A DNA stretch of 64,000 nt from a virus (taxonomy: Duplodnaviria; Heunggongvirae; Uroviricota; Caudoviricetes). The translations under genes and the position numbers were made by a program. The stretch lies in IMG/VR virus record IMGVR_UViG_3300044712_000123; one strand, given 5' to 3'. This document shows positions 28,861 through 38,973 of the stretch, in pieces (the first letter of the stretch is position 1; every line of letters begins with the position of its first letter). Below the pieces are notes generated by a model. The model saw only the letters and a program-made list of their open reading frames with translations. It ran no database searches and had not been told where the DNA came from.

Positions 28861-29104
28861 ATATTTTCTTTTGCTCATTGTACCACTCTTGCCATCCATC
28901 TACCTTAGTAGAGCATTCATAGTAAAGAGTATAGTTGGTTACGACAACTTTAAGCATGTCAGTGATAGAAACTTTGTCTCCCTCAATCTTCTTGAGGCTT
29001 TCGCATTGTTTCATTAATTCAGGGGTAGCTTTAGGAAACTTAGGCTGTACAGGGACCGTAGTAGAGCATCCTGCAAGCAATAATGCTAGTAAAAGATATC
29101 TCAT
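28841..29104 (-). CDS. o-spanin-like lipoprotein
   Basis: LLAGC lipobox, Pro-rich PVQPKFPKATP, follows i-spanin-like gene. Confidence 0.7.
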   Translation of the reverse strand: MRYLLLALLLAGCSTTVPVQPKFPKATPELMKQCESLKKIEGDKVSITDMLKVVVTNYTLYYECSTKVDGWQEWYNEQKKIYEDSAK

Positions 29105-29544
29105 TTTGTTGCTGCCTTATTGTGTTCTTCGATGAGTGAAGTAGGAATCGCAGGGCAACGTTCTATATATTTGATAACTTCTTCATTCTTCACAACTTCA
29201 CGGTCGATGTACTTTATAATGTCTCGACCCTTCTCACGGATAACTTTTGTCTTTTCAACGACTTTTTCCTGAATCTCTACATTCTTGTCAGCACCCTTGG
29301 CCTGCGCCTCAGCTACTTTGACTTCCATGTCCTTGACTTTGAGTTCCCATTCTTTGTAGTCTGCTAGGCCACCTTCGAGATATACACCTAGTAGCAATAG
29401 CATAATGCTACAGACTTGAATTGCAAGTTTATATGCCCTAACAAGGGGCATGAATCCGAGAACGAATCCAACGATAGTGCCAAGTACACCTAATCCAAAG
29501 ATGATGTGTATGGCAGATTCGGGTAGTATTGATAGTATCCACAT
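29101..29544 (-). CDS. i-spanin-like membrane protein
   Basis: N-terminal TM segments, coiled-coil, C-terminal Cys; ATGA-coupled to lipoprotein gene. Confidence 0.65.
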   Translation of the reverse strand: MWILSILPESAIHIIFGLGVLGTIVGFVLGFMPLVRAYKLAIQVCSIMLLLLGVYLEGGLADYKEWELKVKDMEVKVAEAQAKGADKNVEIQEKVVEKTKVIREKGRDIIKYIDREVVKNEEVIKYIERCPAIPTSLIEEHNKAATK

Positions 29545-29570
29545 AGTACCCGTATTTATACCCGGATTGA

Positions 29571-30629
29571 CTACTCTCCGAAATATTCGTCTACTTTGTC
29601 AGCTATGTAATTTACTTCTGAATCTGTGAGTTCTGGGTACATAGGGAGGCTCAAAACACCTCTAGATAGCATTACGCTTGTGCTTAACATGTCTGGTTTC
29701 TGTAATCCGATCGAGGTCGGCAGATCACCTAAGACATATTCATAGTGACGTTTCGTATCAATACCATTCAGCATCATGTGTGTATGTAGTGAATTGCGAT
29801 CAGGAAGATACATCACGAACTTTTGATGTGCATGAGGTTGCGGAACATTAGATAGACATGTTATCGGTAGCTCACTGAATCTGTCACACCAAAATTTAGC
29901 AATCTCTTTCCTACGCTTCTGCCATTCATCAATGTACTTGATTCTGACTAACAAGTGAGCACAATCAATCTCGCTCATTTTACTGTTAGTACCAACCTCA
30001 TGAAAGTAAGGTTTATTGTTGTCACGATATCTGGATGCGAATAGATATAGTTTTTCATCGTTAGTAACGATTGCACCACCGTTGCCACTTGCATTCAGAT
30101 TCTTTGTAGGATCAAAGCTGATAGCCATACCAGCGCCGACGTTGCCATCTGCGACTAACCAATGTTGTGCTCCGTCTACTATGACACCATATGATTGATC
30201 GTAGTGAAGATTATCCCAAGGCTTCATCCCATACAATCCAACTACACAATCATACAAACCACCTCGCTGTGTATGCTCTAGGATGCCATACTTGTCAGTG
30301 TCAGCTATCTCAACATCCCATCCAGCAGTCAAGAAGGCATTCATTGTTGCAGGATAAGTTAGATTCGGAATGCGAACCTTAGGATTACCATCCATAGTTT
30401 CACTGTGTTTGATCTTTTTCCAACGAGCAATAATCTCAAGTGCTTGTGTACCACTATGAACAGTGATAGCATACTTGGTCTTGGTCTTGTGCTTTAACCA
30501 TTCTTCAAACGAACGAGTATAGTGGCCGCCCACAAGTATACCATCCTTCATAGCACGATGAGTTGCATCAAGCAACTCTTCGCCGATGTTCTTATACTGT
30601 CTTACTAGACCAAAGTGCGGAATGTTCAT
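29571..30629 (-). CDS. DegT/DnrJ/EryC1/StrS PLP-dependent sugar aminotransferase
   Basis: HSGTQAL, DGAQ, SFDPTKNL (PLP Lys), GGAIVT, LSLPMYP. Confidence 0.92.
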   Translation of the reverse strand: MNIPHFGLVRQYKNIGEELLDATHRAMKDGILVGGHYTRSFEEWLKHKTKTKYAITVHSGTQALEIIARWKKIKHSETMDGNPKVRIPNLTYPATMNAFLTAGWDVEIADTDKYGILEHTQRGGLYDCVVGLYGMKPWDNLHYDQSYGVIVDGAQHWLVADGNVGAGMAISFDPTKNLNASGNGGAIVTNDEKLYLFASRYRDNNKPYFHEVGTNSKMSEIDCAHLLVRIKYIDEWQKRRKEIAKFWCDRFSELPITCLSNVPQPHAHQKFVMYLPDRNSLHTHMMLNGIDTKRHYEYVLGDLPTSIGLQKPDMLSTSVMLSRGVLSLPMYPELTDSEVNYIADKVDEYFGE

Positions 30630-30982
30630 CCCCATTTTACCGTCATCCAAGTTAGTAGTTCTTCGCACACGATGTAACGTGTGCAAGCAAAGTGACAACC
30701 CTCAGTTTCTTCTGCGTATTTCCACATATGAAGGGGTTGAATTAACAACCATTCTTCTACGATAGGTCTAACATCAACTGCATAATACATTTGTTCAGGA
30801 GTATCATACAGTACACATTCATTCTGATTGAGTGCTAGTGTGTAATTTTTGAACCCAACCATGCCATCTTTCATTTGAAAGATAGGATTGGACTTTGCCA
30901 TTGGCTGCACGCCAACTATATCTTTAGCAATAATAGCTGGCATCAACTTACGAAGGATTGGTATAGCGTGTTTATTAAACAT
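30626..30982 (-). CDS. small protein with major-capsid-like N-terminal motif
   Basis: IPILRKLMPAIIAKDIVGVQPM resembles the gp23 segment ending in GVQPM. Confidence 0.55.
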   Translation of the reverse strand: MFNKHAIPILRKLMPAIIAKDIVGVQPMAKSNPIFQMKDGMVGFKNYTLALNQNECVLYDTPEQMYYAVDVRPIVEEWLLIQPLHMWKYAEETEGCHFACTRYIVCEELLTWMTVKWG

Positions 30983-31949
30983 TCTTCTTTGCCCAGAACT
31001 CTGATGTGCTCAGCCAGTCATAGTATTTCTGAAAGCCTTCTTCAACATCAACTTTAGGGTCATAACCGAAGTCCCTACGTGCAGCATCAATGTTCAATGC
31101 ACCACGACTCGGAAAGTCTGCGTCTTTATCACGTACATTGATTGTACCTTTACCAGCGATCTTAACTGCTAAGTTGGCTGCATCAAGTAATGTTCTGCTG
31201 TGTGACTTAGTGATGTTGTATGTTTTGTTTTCTGTGTTGTCAGATAATGCGGCGCCTACAATTCCATCTGCGGCGTCTTCTACATACGTAAAGTCGAGTG
31301 TCTCGCCGGCACCATTAACATTGAGAGTGCCACCACGCATCGCCGTAAGCATGAATTTGGCAATAACGCGGTCTTCCACATCCAACGGACCATAGACGGC
31401 ACTAGGACGTATAATAGTGTGTACGATGTTATCTCTACGAGTGTAATCTTTGACAAGCCATTCACCTGCTAGTTTCATAATGCCATATTGTCCTTGAGGA
31501 TTGCAGATGGCATCTTCTGTAACATCATCAGTGAAGTCACCGTAGACCATTGAACTACTGATGTACACGAACTTTCTAACATCATAATTCTTGCTAGCTT
31601 CCAACAAGTTGAGCAACCCTTCACTCATAACACGACTCCCCCACGCAGGATTCGCATTGACTACTTTTTGTCTTGGGAAGCTAGCCATGTGAATTACAAT
31701 CTCAGGCTGTTCGATGTTGAAAATTTCCTCCATCTTATCTTTATTGGAGATGTCTGCATCATACACAAAAGGACTATACCCCTTTAATTTTTCAATGCGT
31801 TCATCCATCAAGTAATCTATTTCGTCTTGTGGGATGATCCCGTAGTTTGTTCGGGTGTCAACAATAGATACCTGATGACCTAATTTGCATAGTCTTTCGA
31901 CTACATTGTGTCCAATAAGGCCAAGACCGCCTGTTACTAAAATGTTCAT
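30975..31949 (-). CDS. NAD-dependent sugar epimerase/dehydratase
   Basis: TGGLGLIG, SSSMVYG, YGIMK (YxxxK), RPSAVYGP, DFTYVED. Confidence 0.93.
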   Translation of the reverse strand: MNILVTGGLGLIGHNVVERLCKLGHQVSIVDTRTNYGIIPQDEIDYLMDERIEKLKGYSPFVYDADISNKDKMEEIFNIEQPEIVIHMASFPRQKVVNANPAWGSRVMSEGLLNLLEASKNYDVRKFVYISSSMVYGDFTDDVTEDAICNPQGQYGIMKLAGEWLVKDYTRRDNIVHTIIRPSAVYGPLDVEDRVIAKFMLTAMRGGTLNVNGAGETLDFTYVEDAADGIVGAALSDNTENKTYNITKSHSRTLLDAANLAVKIAGKGTINVRDKDADFPSRGALNIDAARRDFGYDPKVDVEEGFQKYYDWLSTSEFWAKKNV

Positions 31950-32182
31950 TTGTATTTCAATTCAAAAAAGGTTATTTCTTCGGGAGTTAATTCAGCCCTG
32001 ATCGTGTATAAGTAGCCATATGTGTTCATGTCGAGACTACGAAACCACTGTGGCTCGGGCTTAGAATGTTGCATGACCCACTTGCCTGCTTCTGTTTGTT
32101 GCCATTCGTATATGGGTTGAGCAACATATAGATCAGGATCTTCACTGTCGCTCAATCGTATTTGATGAACATTATACTTCAT
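31946..32182 (-). CDS. hypothetical phage protein
   Basis: EDPDLYVAQPIYEWQQTEAGKW...TFFELKY. Confidence 0.7.
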   Translation of the reverse strand: MKYNVHQIRLSDSEDPDLYVAQPIYEWQQTEAGKWVMQHSKPEPQWFRSLDMNTYGYLYTIRAELTPEEITFFELKYK

Positions 32183-33081
32183 TACACTGCCATCTTAGCC
32201 TTGATAGATTCCATAGATGTATAGTTCTCTAACTTGATATCAGTCATAGTGAACTTTTCAATATCTTTGACTTCAGGGTTCAACCACAATGTAGGGTGCT
32301 TCAATGGAGTACGAGACAATTGTTCTTTAACCTGTTCTAGGTGATCGCTGTAGATATGAGTATCGCCAGTAGAGATAATCAACTCTCCGACTTTTAAATC
32401 ACACACGTGTGCAATCAAATGAGTGAGTAACGCATAGCTAGCAATGTTAAAAGGTAAACCAAGAAACACATCCACGCTACGCTGGTACATATGACAAGAG
32501 AGTTCTTTATTTTTGTTGACATAAAATTGACTCATAACATGACATGGTGGCAAAGCCATTTGATCTAGTTCACTCACGTTCCAGGCACTAAGAATATGTC
32601 TACGACCATTGGGATCTTTTTTGATTCCTTCTATTAGATTTGCTAATTGGTCTACTTCAAGTTTATCGACCGCGAGTCTCGTTCCACCTTTGTGCGCCGG
32701 GCCCATGTCTTTCTCCGTGCGGTACTTATTCCAGTGACGCCATTGTACTCCATATACTCGTCCCAAGTCGCCCTCGAATTTCGCCTTAGGCTTCCAGTAG
32801 GGCGCAAGCGCATTTGGCGTCCAGATAGTAGTCTTGCCTTCGGCAGTACCATGGGTGAGTTCTGCCAGTCTACGTTCATCACTAGAGCCTTCAATAAACC
32901 AGAGAAGCTCACCGACGCAAGCCTTCCATGCAAGTTTCTTAGTAGTGACAGCGGGAAAAGATTCACGCAAATCAAAGCGAAGATTACGTCCAAAAACACT
33001 AATGGTGCCCACGCCAGTTCTGTCATCTTTTTGTTCTCCGTTGTTTAAAATATCTTGTAGTAAGTCTAAGTATTGTTTCAT
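32182..33081 (-). CDS. thyA: thymidylate synthase
   Basis: DRTGVGT, ELLWF, YGVQWR, LPPCH, YQRSVDVFLGLPFN. Confidence 0.96.
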   Translation of the reverse strand: MKQYLDLLQDILNNGEQKDDRTGVGTISVFGRNLRFDLRESFPAVTTKKLAWKACVGELLWFIEGSSDERRLAELTHGTAEGKTTIWTPNALAPYWKPKAKFEGDLGRVYGVQWRHWNKYRTEKDMGPAHKGGTRLAVDKLEVDQLANLIEGIKKDPNGRRHILSAWNVSELDQMALPPCHVMSQFYVNKNKELSCHMYQRSVDVFLGLPFNIASYALLTHLIAHVCDLKVGELIISTGDTHIYSDHLEQVKEQLSRTPLKHPTLWLNPEVKDIEKFTMTDIKLENYTSMESIKAKMAV

Positions 33082-33533
33082 TTCTTTTTCCAAATTTGGT
33101 ATACGTGATCTGTTTGGTCTTCACTAAACCAACATGTATAATTCTGTTCTAAGTATAGCAAGTCAATGAACGTATCACAAGTGTATTCGGAGAATGTCTT
33201 GGTTAAATGTACTTCATCGATTAAGTGCCACGCTGAGTTAATCAACTGTGCGCCACCGATGAGCCAAGCATTTTTGTATTCGCCGAAGTGATTTAAATTT
33301 GGTACTTGAATAGCACCAATTGGCAAATGTAGTGACTGACTGGACACTACAAAGTTTAGTCTTCCTATTAGTGGTTTCTTGGGGAGACTATCCCAAGTGT
33401 TTCGACCCATTACTACAACTTGGCCTTGAGTCAAATTTTTGAATCTTGGCAAATCGCCCTGAATGTTACTCCAGGGCAATTTGTTGTTGTAGCCTATCCC
33501 ACCATTTGGGTCACATGCTACGATTAGTTTCAT
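33078..33533 (-). CDS. folA: dihydrofolate reductase
   Basis: IVA...IG...LPW, MGRNTWDS, IGGAQ, CDTF. Confidence 0.93.
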   Translation of the reverse strand: MKLIVACDPNGGIGYNNKLPWSNIQGDLPRFKNLTQGQVVVMGRNTWDSLPKKPLIGRLNFVVSSQSLHLPIGAIQVPNLNHFGEYKNAWLIGGAQLINSAWHLIDEVHLTKTFSEYTCDTFIDLLYLEQNYTCWFSEDQTDHVYQIWKKK

Positions 33534-33826
33534 AGTTTATTCAGTAATTTATCTGTTTCAGGTTGCACTGTGTCAGCAATACTTTGCACATTAAGAATGA
33601 ATTCTACACTGATAACTTGGTCATCAAGTTCATGTAGTTTTCTGCTTACGACTTCCTCAATATGATCTGGTTCTAATCCCTGTGTTAAAAACTTTTCAAT
33701 GTTGATGGTGTGTTGTTTCTTACCTTCTAGTTTAATAATCAATTTCTTAATGAATTGTACTGGTATTTTGTTTTTCTCAACATCTTCGAGGATGTGTTCC
33801 CATTTCTCAATGAATTCAGGTGACAT
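33530..33826 (-). CDS. hypothetical phage protein
   Basis: coupled ORF. Confidence 0.7.
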   Translation of the reverse strand: MSPEFIEKWEHILEDVEKNKIPVQFIKKLIIKLEGKKQHTINIEKFLTQGLEPDHIEEVVSRKLHELDDQVISVEFILNVQSIADTVQPETDKLLNKL

Positions 33827-33832
33827 TGTATA

Positions 33833-34507
33833 TTAGCTTGTGACTGTTGCCTTTGCAGGACGGCCACGCTTCTTAGCAACGGGCTGTGATACTACTGGTG
33901 TCAATGTTGGATCCATTGAACGTGCTTCTGCCATTAGTCGTTCTGACTCTGCTAGCAAACCACGGGCTTCTGCTGCCATTTTATTAGCCTGCTGAATACG
34001 TTGTTGTGCAATTGCCGCATCACCTAATGCATCACCAGAACTTTGTAGTCCTGCTGGTGGATTTTGGTTACCGCGCATTCTGCGTACAACATCTGCTGGA
34101 TCTTGCAATCCAGAACTTGCATCCATTTCAGCTAGCTTCTTGACTGCGTTCTCACCTTGTTGCATTTCGTCTAGAATCTTGTTCAATTCATCTAGCTTGA
34201 TGCGAGTGTTAGGCTGTGGTGTCATGACGATTAAAGAAGTTTGAACTTTCTTCAACTGACCTTCACGGTGCAATGTTTGCAAGATTGGCTTACCATCGAC
34301 AGTATATGAACGATTCAATGCATCGGCCAAATTCTCACTGTTCTGACCGATATCAGATTCAATGCAACGAACCAATGGGTCATGAATGTGTTGATTCAAT
34401 AGCTCAGTATATGTGACCAAACACATATGTGGTTCACCGGGAACTTCTCTAAAAATGACAGCGACTTTGCGGTCGCCATGCTTACCTACGTGACGTAAAA
34501 AACTCAT
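33833..34507 (-). CDS. hypothetical phage protein with C-terminal KKRGRP (AT-hook-like) motif
   Basis: SD AAGGAG; long ORF. Confidence 0.7.
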   Translation of the reverse strand: MSFLRHVGKHGDRKVAVIFREVPGEPHMCLVTYTELLNQHIHDPLVRCIESDIGQNSENLADALNRSYTVDGKPILQTLHREGQLKKVQTSLIVMTPQPNTRIKLDELNKILDEMQQGENAVKKLAEMDASSGLQDPADVVRRMRGNQNPPAGLQSSGDALGDAAIAQQRIQQANKMAAEARGLLAESERLMAEARSMDPTLTPVVSQPVAKKRGRPAKATVTS

Positions 34508-34564
34508 ATTATTCTCCTTGAGTATTAGTGATATTTAATATGAATTAAACGGTGTCAAATATTT

Positions 34565-34822
34565 TTAAGACCACTTCAATTCATACATCATTGCTTCTTT
34601 TGGGTCTTCAAAAGCAGGGAACTCGTTCATGTTAAACAGAAAATCAAACTCGTCACCGCTCTGCATGTTGGAGGTTATGCTGTATCGTCCTTCTAACTTA
34701 GAACGAATCCACAATTCAGCTTCAGTGGTTAATGCAGTAGTGGCTATAGTGAAGTGCTTTGGAGTATATCCTAGCTTCCTTTCACTATACCAATCTATAG
34801 GCTTGATGTTATAATCACTCAC
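34565..34822 (-). CDS. hypothetical phage protein
   Basis: ends FEDPKEAMMYELKWS. Confidence 0.65.
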   Translation of the reverse strand: MSDYNIKPIDWYSERKLGYTPKHFTIATTALTTEAELWIRSKLEGRYSITSNMQSGDEFDFLFNMNEFPAFEDPKEAMMYELKWS

Positions 34823-35234
34823 GTGTCAAGCTATCCAACATCTTATACTTGTCGTATGCTTCCATTACTGCGGGAGTTGTGTTGCGATTAGAAGGTACAA
34901 CTTGCATCCATACCCCATCACCGTAATCAGTAGGATGACGATATGTACCATACCCATCACCCATCACGACTCTAGGCTGATGAATCTTACCACCGTTCCA
35001 CAGTCTAGTTGCGAGGTCAGTTACCTCGTCAATTGGGAAGTCGCCCAATTCATAATTTCGAGAGTTACTAGCATATGGATTGCCCTGAGCATAATAGGTT
35101 TCTACCACCTGCATATATTGATCGAATTTAGGTGCGTAGGTGCGAGTTACGATGAACATAACATCATCCTCGGACACTTCACCTGCCATGATACTTTGCA
35201 AACACCCACCGAGGCTAAGACCAATGTATTTCAT
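34815..35234 (-). CDS. hypothetical phage protein (IGLSLGGC...GKIHQPR)
   Basis: coupled ORF. Confidence 0.7.
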   Translation of the reverse strand: MKYIGLSLGGCLQSIMAGEVSEDDVMFIVTRTYAPKFDQYMQVVETYYAQGNPYASNSRNYELGDFPIDEVTDLATRLWNGGKIHQPRVVMGDGYGTYRHPTDYGDGVWMQVVPSNRNTTPAVMEAYDKYKMLDSLTRE

Positions 35235-35470
35235 TTCTTTAGTTCCATCATCATTTCAATTTGATTAATCAAGTCATTGATAGCAGGGTCATCTAAGAAC
35301 ACTGCCTCTTTTAACTTAACCCAACGCTCTGCTAACTTCTGCTCCTGCGCATACATAGCATCAACATGATGCAACGTGCGGGCAGTCTCTCCCGACTTGC
35401 GAGAGTAGACTGTCTTTCCACCATCTGGTGATTCGTAAATCGTTAATACTTCACTAGACTTAATCATCAT
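35231..35470 (-). CDS. hypothetical phage protein (IYESPDGGKTVY)
   Basis: recurrent T4-like phage motif; start inferred. Confidence 0.65.
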   Translation of the reverse strand: MMIKSSEVLTIYESPDGGKTVYSRKSGETARTLHHVDAMYAQEQKLAERWVKLKEAVFLDDPAINDLINQIEMMMELKK

Positions 35471-35579
35471 TGTGTTTAACGGCTTTGAATCCTGACCAGA
35501 GTACCTTACCAAATGCGTATAGTACTCCGATCACTGCTGCCATCAAGACAGCATAACCAATTGTAGTTAATGCTTCCAT
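35460..35579 (-). CDS. 39-aa membrane peptide (not in ORF track)
   Basis: MEALTTIGYAVLMAAVIGVLYAFGKVLWSGFKAVKHNDD fills the gap between genes. Confidence 0.5.
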   Translation of the reverse strand: MEALTTIGYAVLMAAVIGVLYAFGKVLWSGFKAVKHNDD

Positions 35580-35581
35580 GT

Positions 35582-36880
35582 TTAACCTTTCTCGTCATAC
35601 AGTGCAAACTGACCGAACGGGGGATTAGGATCAGGGTCACCGTGAATGATCCAAGTCGTATCACAGTAGTCTGGGTCACCCCAAGAACCGCAGGGGTAGC
35701 CGTCAGTGAAACAGATCAAACGATTGGGCACGTTGCCTACTTTCTTCAAATAGTCAAAGATAGCATCGAAGTCAGTACCACCACCGCCCATTGGCTCATA
35801 GCTGTGAATCGAATCCATGTTCTCGCTTGTGAAGTCTTGAGGGTTGTATGTGTCAGTATCGAAACAGAACACATGCACCTTGTAACCATCAAACGAATCC
35901 ATCATGCCACCAATCTCACCCAAGAATGCTTGCGCTTGCTTGTTAGAGATAGAGCCTGACATGTCAATAGCAACGACCACATCGATTTCTTCGCCTGGAG
36001 TCATTCCGGGCATGATAGCATCCATGTGCCAAGACCGACGAGAAGGACGCATCCAAGAGTAGTCAGTACGAATTGCACTGGTCAAGTTAGTCTGAATCAG
36101 TTCACGCCAGGGCATGACTGGGTCAGTAGCTTGACGAATCAAACGTTCAACACCGAGAGGCATGCTACCAGCTTCGGCAGATTGTGCGGCGTTGATAATC
36201 GCTTGCTTGATTTCTTGACGGGCACGTTCACGTTCTTCGGGAGTCATCTTAGGACGACCTTTGCCCTTCTTGTTGCCTTCACCGTCACCATCACCATCAC
36301 CGTCATCGCCTTCTTCATCACTGTCAAGGTGATCGTCAAGCATTTGATCTACGAGGTCATCGATGTTGATTTTCTGCACATTCTTCATTAGGTCATCATA
36401 GATTTCCTCAGCAGCCTTGCCGTCATACTTTTGTTCGTACAAGCAAGGAACTGTAGTAATGAATTGACCAACCTTGTGGCGCTTCAAGTCTGCGTTAACT
36501 GCGTAGTCGTCAGCAATGTTCCAGATTTGAGGGTCACGATGATTTCGGCGACCCATGTGATCGTAAACAACGTGCAAGACTTCGTGAGCCACAAGAAACT
36601 CAACCTCTTTGGGTTTGAGCATCATGATGAAGCGGCTGTTGTAATAGAATTTGAGACCGTCAGTTGCCGCAGTAGAGCACCATTCATCAGCATTAACGAG
36701 AGTCAGGCGAGTCGCAAGATTACCGAAGAAAGAATGACGCAACAGCAAGCCAATACGTGCGGTCACAAGACGCTCACGTGCCTGCATGTCTACGTTCTTA
36801 TCCATAGGGCCTACAAGTTTCTCGAACTTGTCGCTACGGGTCTTTTTCTTCGATTTGTTTTTGTCGATTACATCGCTCAT
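35582..36880 (-). CDS. VWA-domain / HExxH metallopeptidase-like protein (DUF2201 type)
   Basis: TAATDG, AHEVLH, WNIADDYAVN, MIDAS DMSGS, GGGGTDF, TDG. Confidence 0.88.
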   Translation of the reverse strand: MSDVIDKNKSKKKTRSDKFEKLVGPMDKNVDMQARERLVTARIGLLLRHSFFGNLATRLTLVNADEWCSTAATDGLKFYYNSRFIMMLKPKEVEFLVAHEVLHVVYDHMGRRNHRDPQIWNIADDYAVNADLKRHKVGQFITTVPCLYEQKYDGKAAEEIYDDLMKNVQKINIDDLVDQMLDDHLDSDEEGDDGDGDGDGEGNKKGKGRPKMTPEERERARQEIKQAIINAAQSAEAGSMPLGVERLIRQATDPVMPWRELIQTNLTSAIRTDYSWMRPSRRSWHMDAIMPGMTPGEEIDVVVAIDMSGSISNKQAQAFLGEIGGMMDSFDGYKVHVFCFDTDTYNPQDFTSENMDSIHSYEPMGGGGTDFDAIFDYLKKVGNVPNRLICFTDGYPCGSWGDPDYCDTTWIIHGDPDPNPPFGQFALYDEKG

Positions 36881-36939
36881 GTTTGTTCCTTTATTTCAGA
36901 ATATGCTATATTATAGCATACCCTGGAATTATTGTCAAA

Positions 36940-37206
36940 TTAGTGTAGGTTGCGATTTGCCGGTTTGATATCTTCCGGGCTATCAATGTCAGCGAGTTGG
37001 TCGATAAGGTCTTCGATTTCCTCATCCGAGAGTTCATCAACCAAAGACTCGATTGCGACCGGAGTAGATTTTTCAAACAGTTCGCCGGTCTCGGCCATGC
37101 TTGTGATTTGTTTAATCAAGTCATCGAGTTCTTCCTGCGATCCTTCGAACGAATCGAAGCAGCCAGGCATGAACACAACTTCCAATGGCTTCTTATCTTC
37201 GCTCAT
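36940..37206 (-). CDS. acidic hypothetical protein
   Basis: coupled ORF. Confidence 0.65.
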   Translation of the reverse strand: MSEDKKPLEVVFMPGCFDSFEGSQEELDDLIKQITSMAETGELFEKSTPVAIESLVDELSDEEIEDLIDQLADIDSPEDIKPANRNLH

Positions 37207-37355
37207 AGAGACAATCCTCGGTAGCCTGCATCAAATGCGATACGTGCATAATGGGCTCCTGCTTCAATTTCGAAGTGTTCCATTCCTGCAGTCTTTGTCC
37301 AACCCCATGCTCGGACTCGTTGACCAAGAGCATAAAAATACTTTTTACCAGACAT
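37203..37355 (-). CDS. 50-aa hypothetical protein (not in ORF track)
   Basis: SD AAAGGA, MSGKKYFYALGQRVRAWG...FDAGYRGLSL, ATGA overlap with next gene. Confidence 0.6.
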   Translation of the reverse strand: MSGKKYFYALGQRVRAWGWTKTAGMEHFEIEAGAHYARIAFDAGYRGLSL

Positions 37356-37420
37356 ACTATTCCTTTATTAAAAAAAGGGTGAGCATATTGCTACACTCAC
37401 CCTGTAAAGCAGTTTAACTA

Positions 37421-38524
37421 TTAGTTACCTGCCTCCACGATGTACTTACCGTACTTCTTGTGGAATTCATCGAAGTTCTTCAACTGACTTGGCTCGATTG
37501 GGAGCTTGTAAGTCTTCAACGCAATCTTCGCGCCCATCACAACCAACTCAGTTTCAAAGTTAGCCATGATGTAAGTGAAGAAGTTACCTGCCATTTCATG
37601 GAACTCTTTGTTGTTCACTTTCTTGTTTTCCAGTGCATCACGCAATTCGTAGCACATAGAAATAGTCAGTGAGTACATCGCAGAGATTTCCTTGACGTTC
37701 AAGTCCTTGACTTTGCCTGACAAGATATCAGTTGGGTTGGGCATCTTACCTGCGATCTTGCGGTGAGCCATAAACTTGACTGCAAGACCATCACCAACTG
37801 CACCAGACACCAAGTTGAACAGTGTATCAGAGTCAACATTGTCCTCGTCATTCAGCAAGTCAGACACGAAGCACCAGCTACGAGGAGTAGCAAACGCACG
37901 TGAACTAGACTTAGCATCGAAGTCGTAAATGTCATTCTTAGCGAAAGACAAGTAACCAACAACGTCTTTGTGAATGCCTTTGTTCACAGCCCAGTTCTGC
38001 CAGCTAGTGAAGTCAGGACGCATTTCCAAGTGAACGAATCGGTTAGCGAGGGGCATCGGCATGCGATATGTCACACCTTTGTCACTGTCTCGGTTACCTG
38101 CAGCCACGATAACAACGTTATCAGGCAAGAAGTATTTACCAACACGACGGTTCAGAATCAACTGATAGCCTGCAGCCTGCACTGCTGGGGGCGCACTGTT
38201 CATTTCATCGAGGAACAGAACAACGATTGGGTACTGCGATGCAAATTCTTTGCTCGGCAGATCGACGGGCTCAGCCCAATCCATCTTGTTGATTTCTTTG
38301 TTGAAGAAAGGGATACCGCGAATGTCAGTTGGTTCCATCTGAGCCATACGCAAGTCGATAATAGCACCACCGAGTTCTTCGGCAATCTCAGCGACCACCT
38401 CAGATTTGCCGATGCCGGGAGGGCCCCACAAGAACACGGGACGTTTTGCTTTGAATGCAGTCAGCATTGCTTTGCGGGTTTGAACAGAAGTGATCGTCAG
38501 ATTGTCAGAGACGGGCGATGCCAT
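37421..38524 (-). CDS. MoxR-like AAA+ ATPase (partner of the VWA protein)
   Basis: GPPGIGKS, LFLDEMN, AAGNR, PLANRF, TPRSW. Confidence 0.9.
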   Translation of the reverse strand: MASPVSDNLTITSVQTRKAMLTAFKAKRPVFLWGPPGIGKSEVVAEIAEELGGAIIDLRMAQMEPTDIRGIPFFNKEINKMDWAEPVDLPSKEFASQYPIVVLFLDEMNSAPPAVQAAGYQLILNRRVGKYFLPDNVVIVAAGNRDSDKGVTYRMPMPLANRFVHLEMRPDFTSWQNWAVNKGIHKDVVGYLSFAKNDIYDFDAKSSSRAFATPRSWCFVSDLLNDEDNVDSDTLFNLVSGAVGDGLAVKFMAHRKIAGKMPNPTDILSGKVKDLNVKEISAMYSLTISMCYELRDALENKKVNNKEFHEMAGNFFTYIMANFETELVVMGAKIALKTYKLPIEPSQLKNFDEFHKKYGKYIVEAGN

Positions 38525-38604
38525 AAGATGCTCCTAAAGTGAAGGTGTGTTTAAAAGAAAGAAACTGTAGTTTAACAGAGATTTGATTTATCGTCAAATT
38601 TATT

Positions 38605-38910
38605 TTACAAGATTTGGGCAACGATGCGATTGTACACATCCTTCTTTGCCATCATGTAATCGTAGTCACGTTCGCCGGGGCGAAAGTTGTTCCACTGATT
38701 CTGACCTGCATACGAGATGAGGTCACGTTTCAGGGATTCACCTGTGTAGCTTGCAATGAAACCATACAGGTCGTAGTGAGCAATGAAACCACTGCATTGG
38801 TAAACGAAGTTGTAACCTGTCTTGTTCAGGTTGTCAATGTTCTTACATGCCTTAACAACGTTAGAGACAATCAGAGTTTTTTGACGTTCAGTGAGGGGAG
38901 TCAGAGCCAT
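38605..38910 (-). CDS. hypothetical phage protein (GFIAHYD)
   Basis: own promoter and SD. Confidence 0.7.
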   Translation of the reverse strand: MALTPLTERQKTLIVSNVVKACKNIDNLNKTGYNFVYQCSGFIAHYDLYGFIASYTGESLKRDLISYAGQNQWNNFRPGERDYDYMMAKKDVYNRIVAQIL

Positions 38911-38973
38911 TTCGTTTTCCTTTGTTTCAGTGTCAATACAAGTATTGTAACAGAGTTTGGATTTATTGTCAAA

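Noticed and set aside
22995-33081. Introns or inteins in terL or thyA
   Set aside because: Both ORFs are continuous, of ordinary length and show no splicing motifs.
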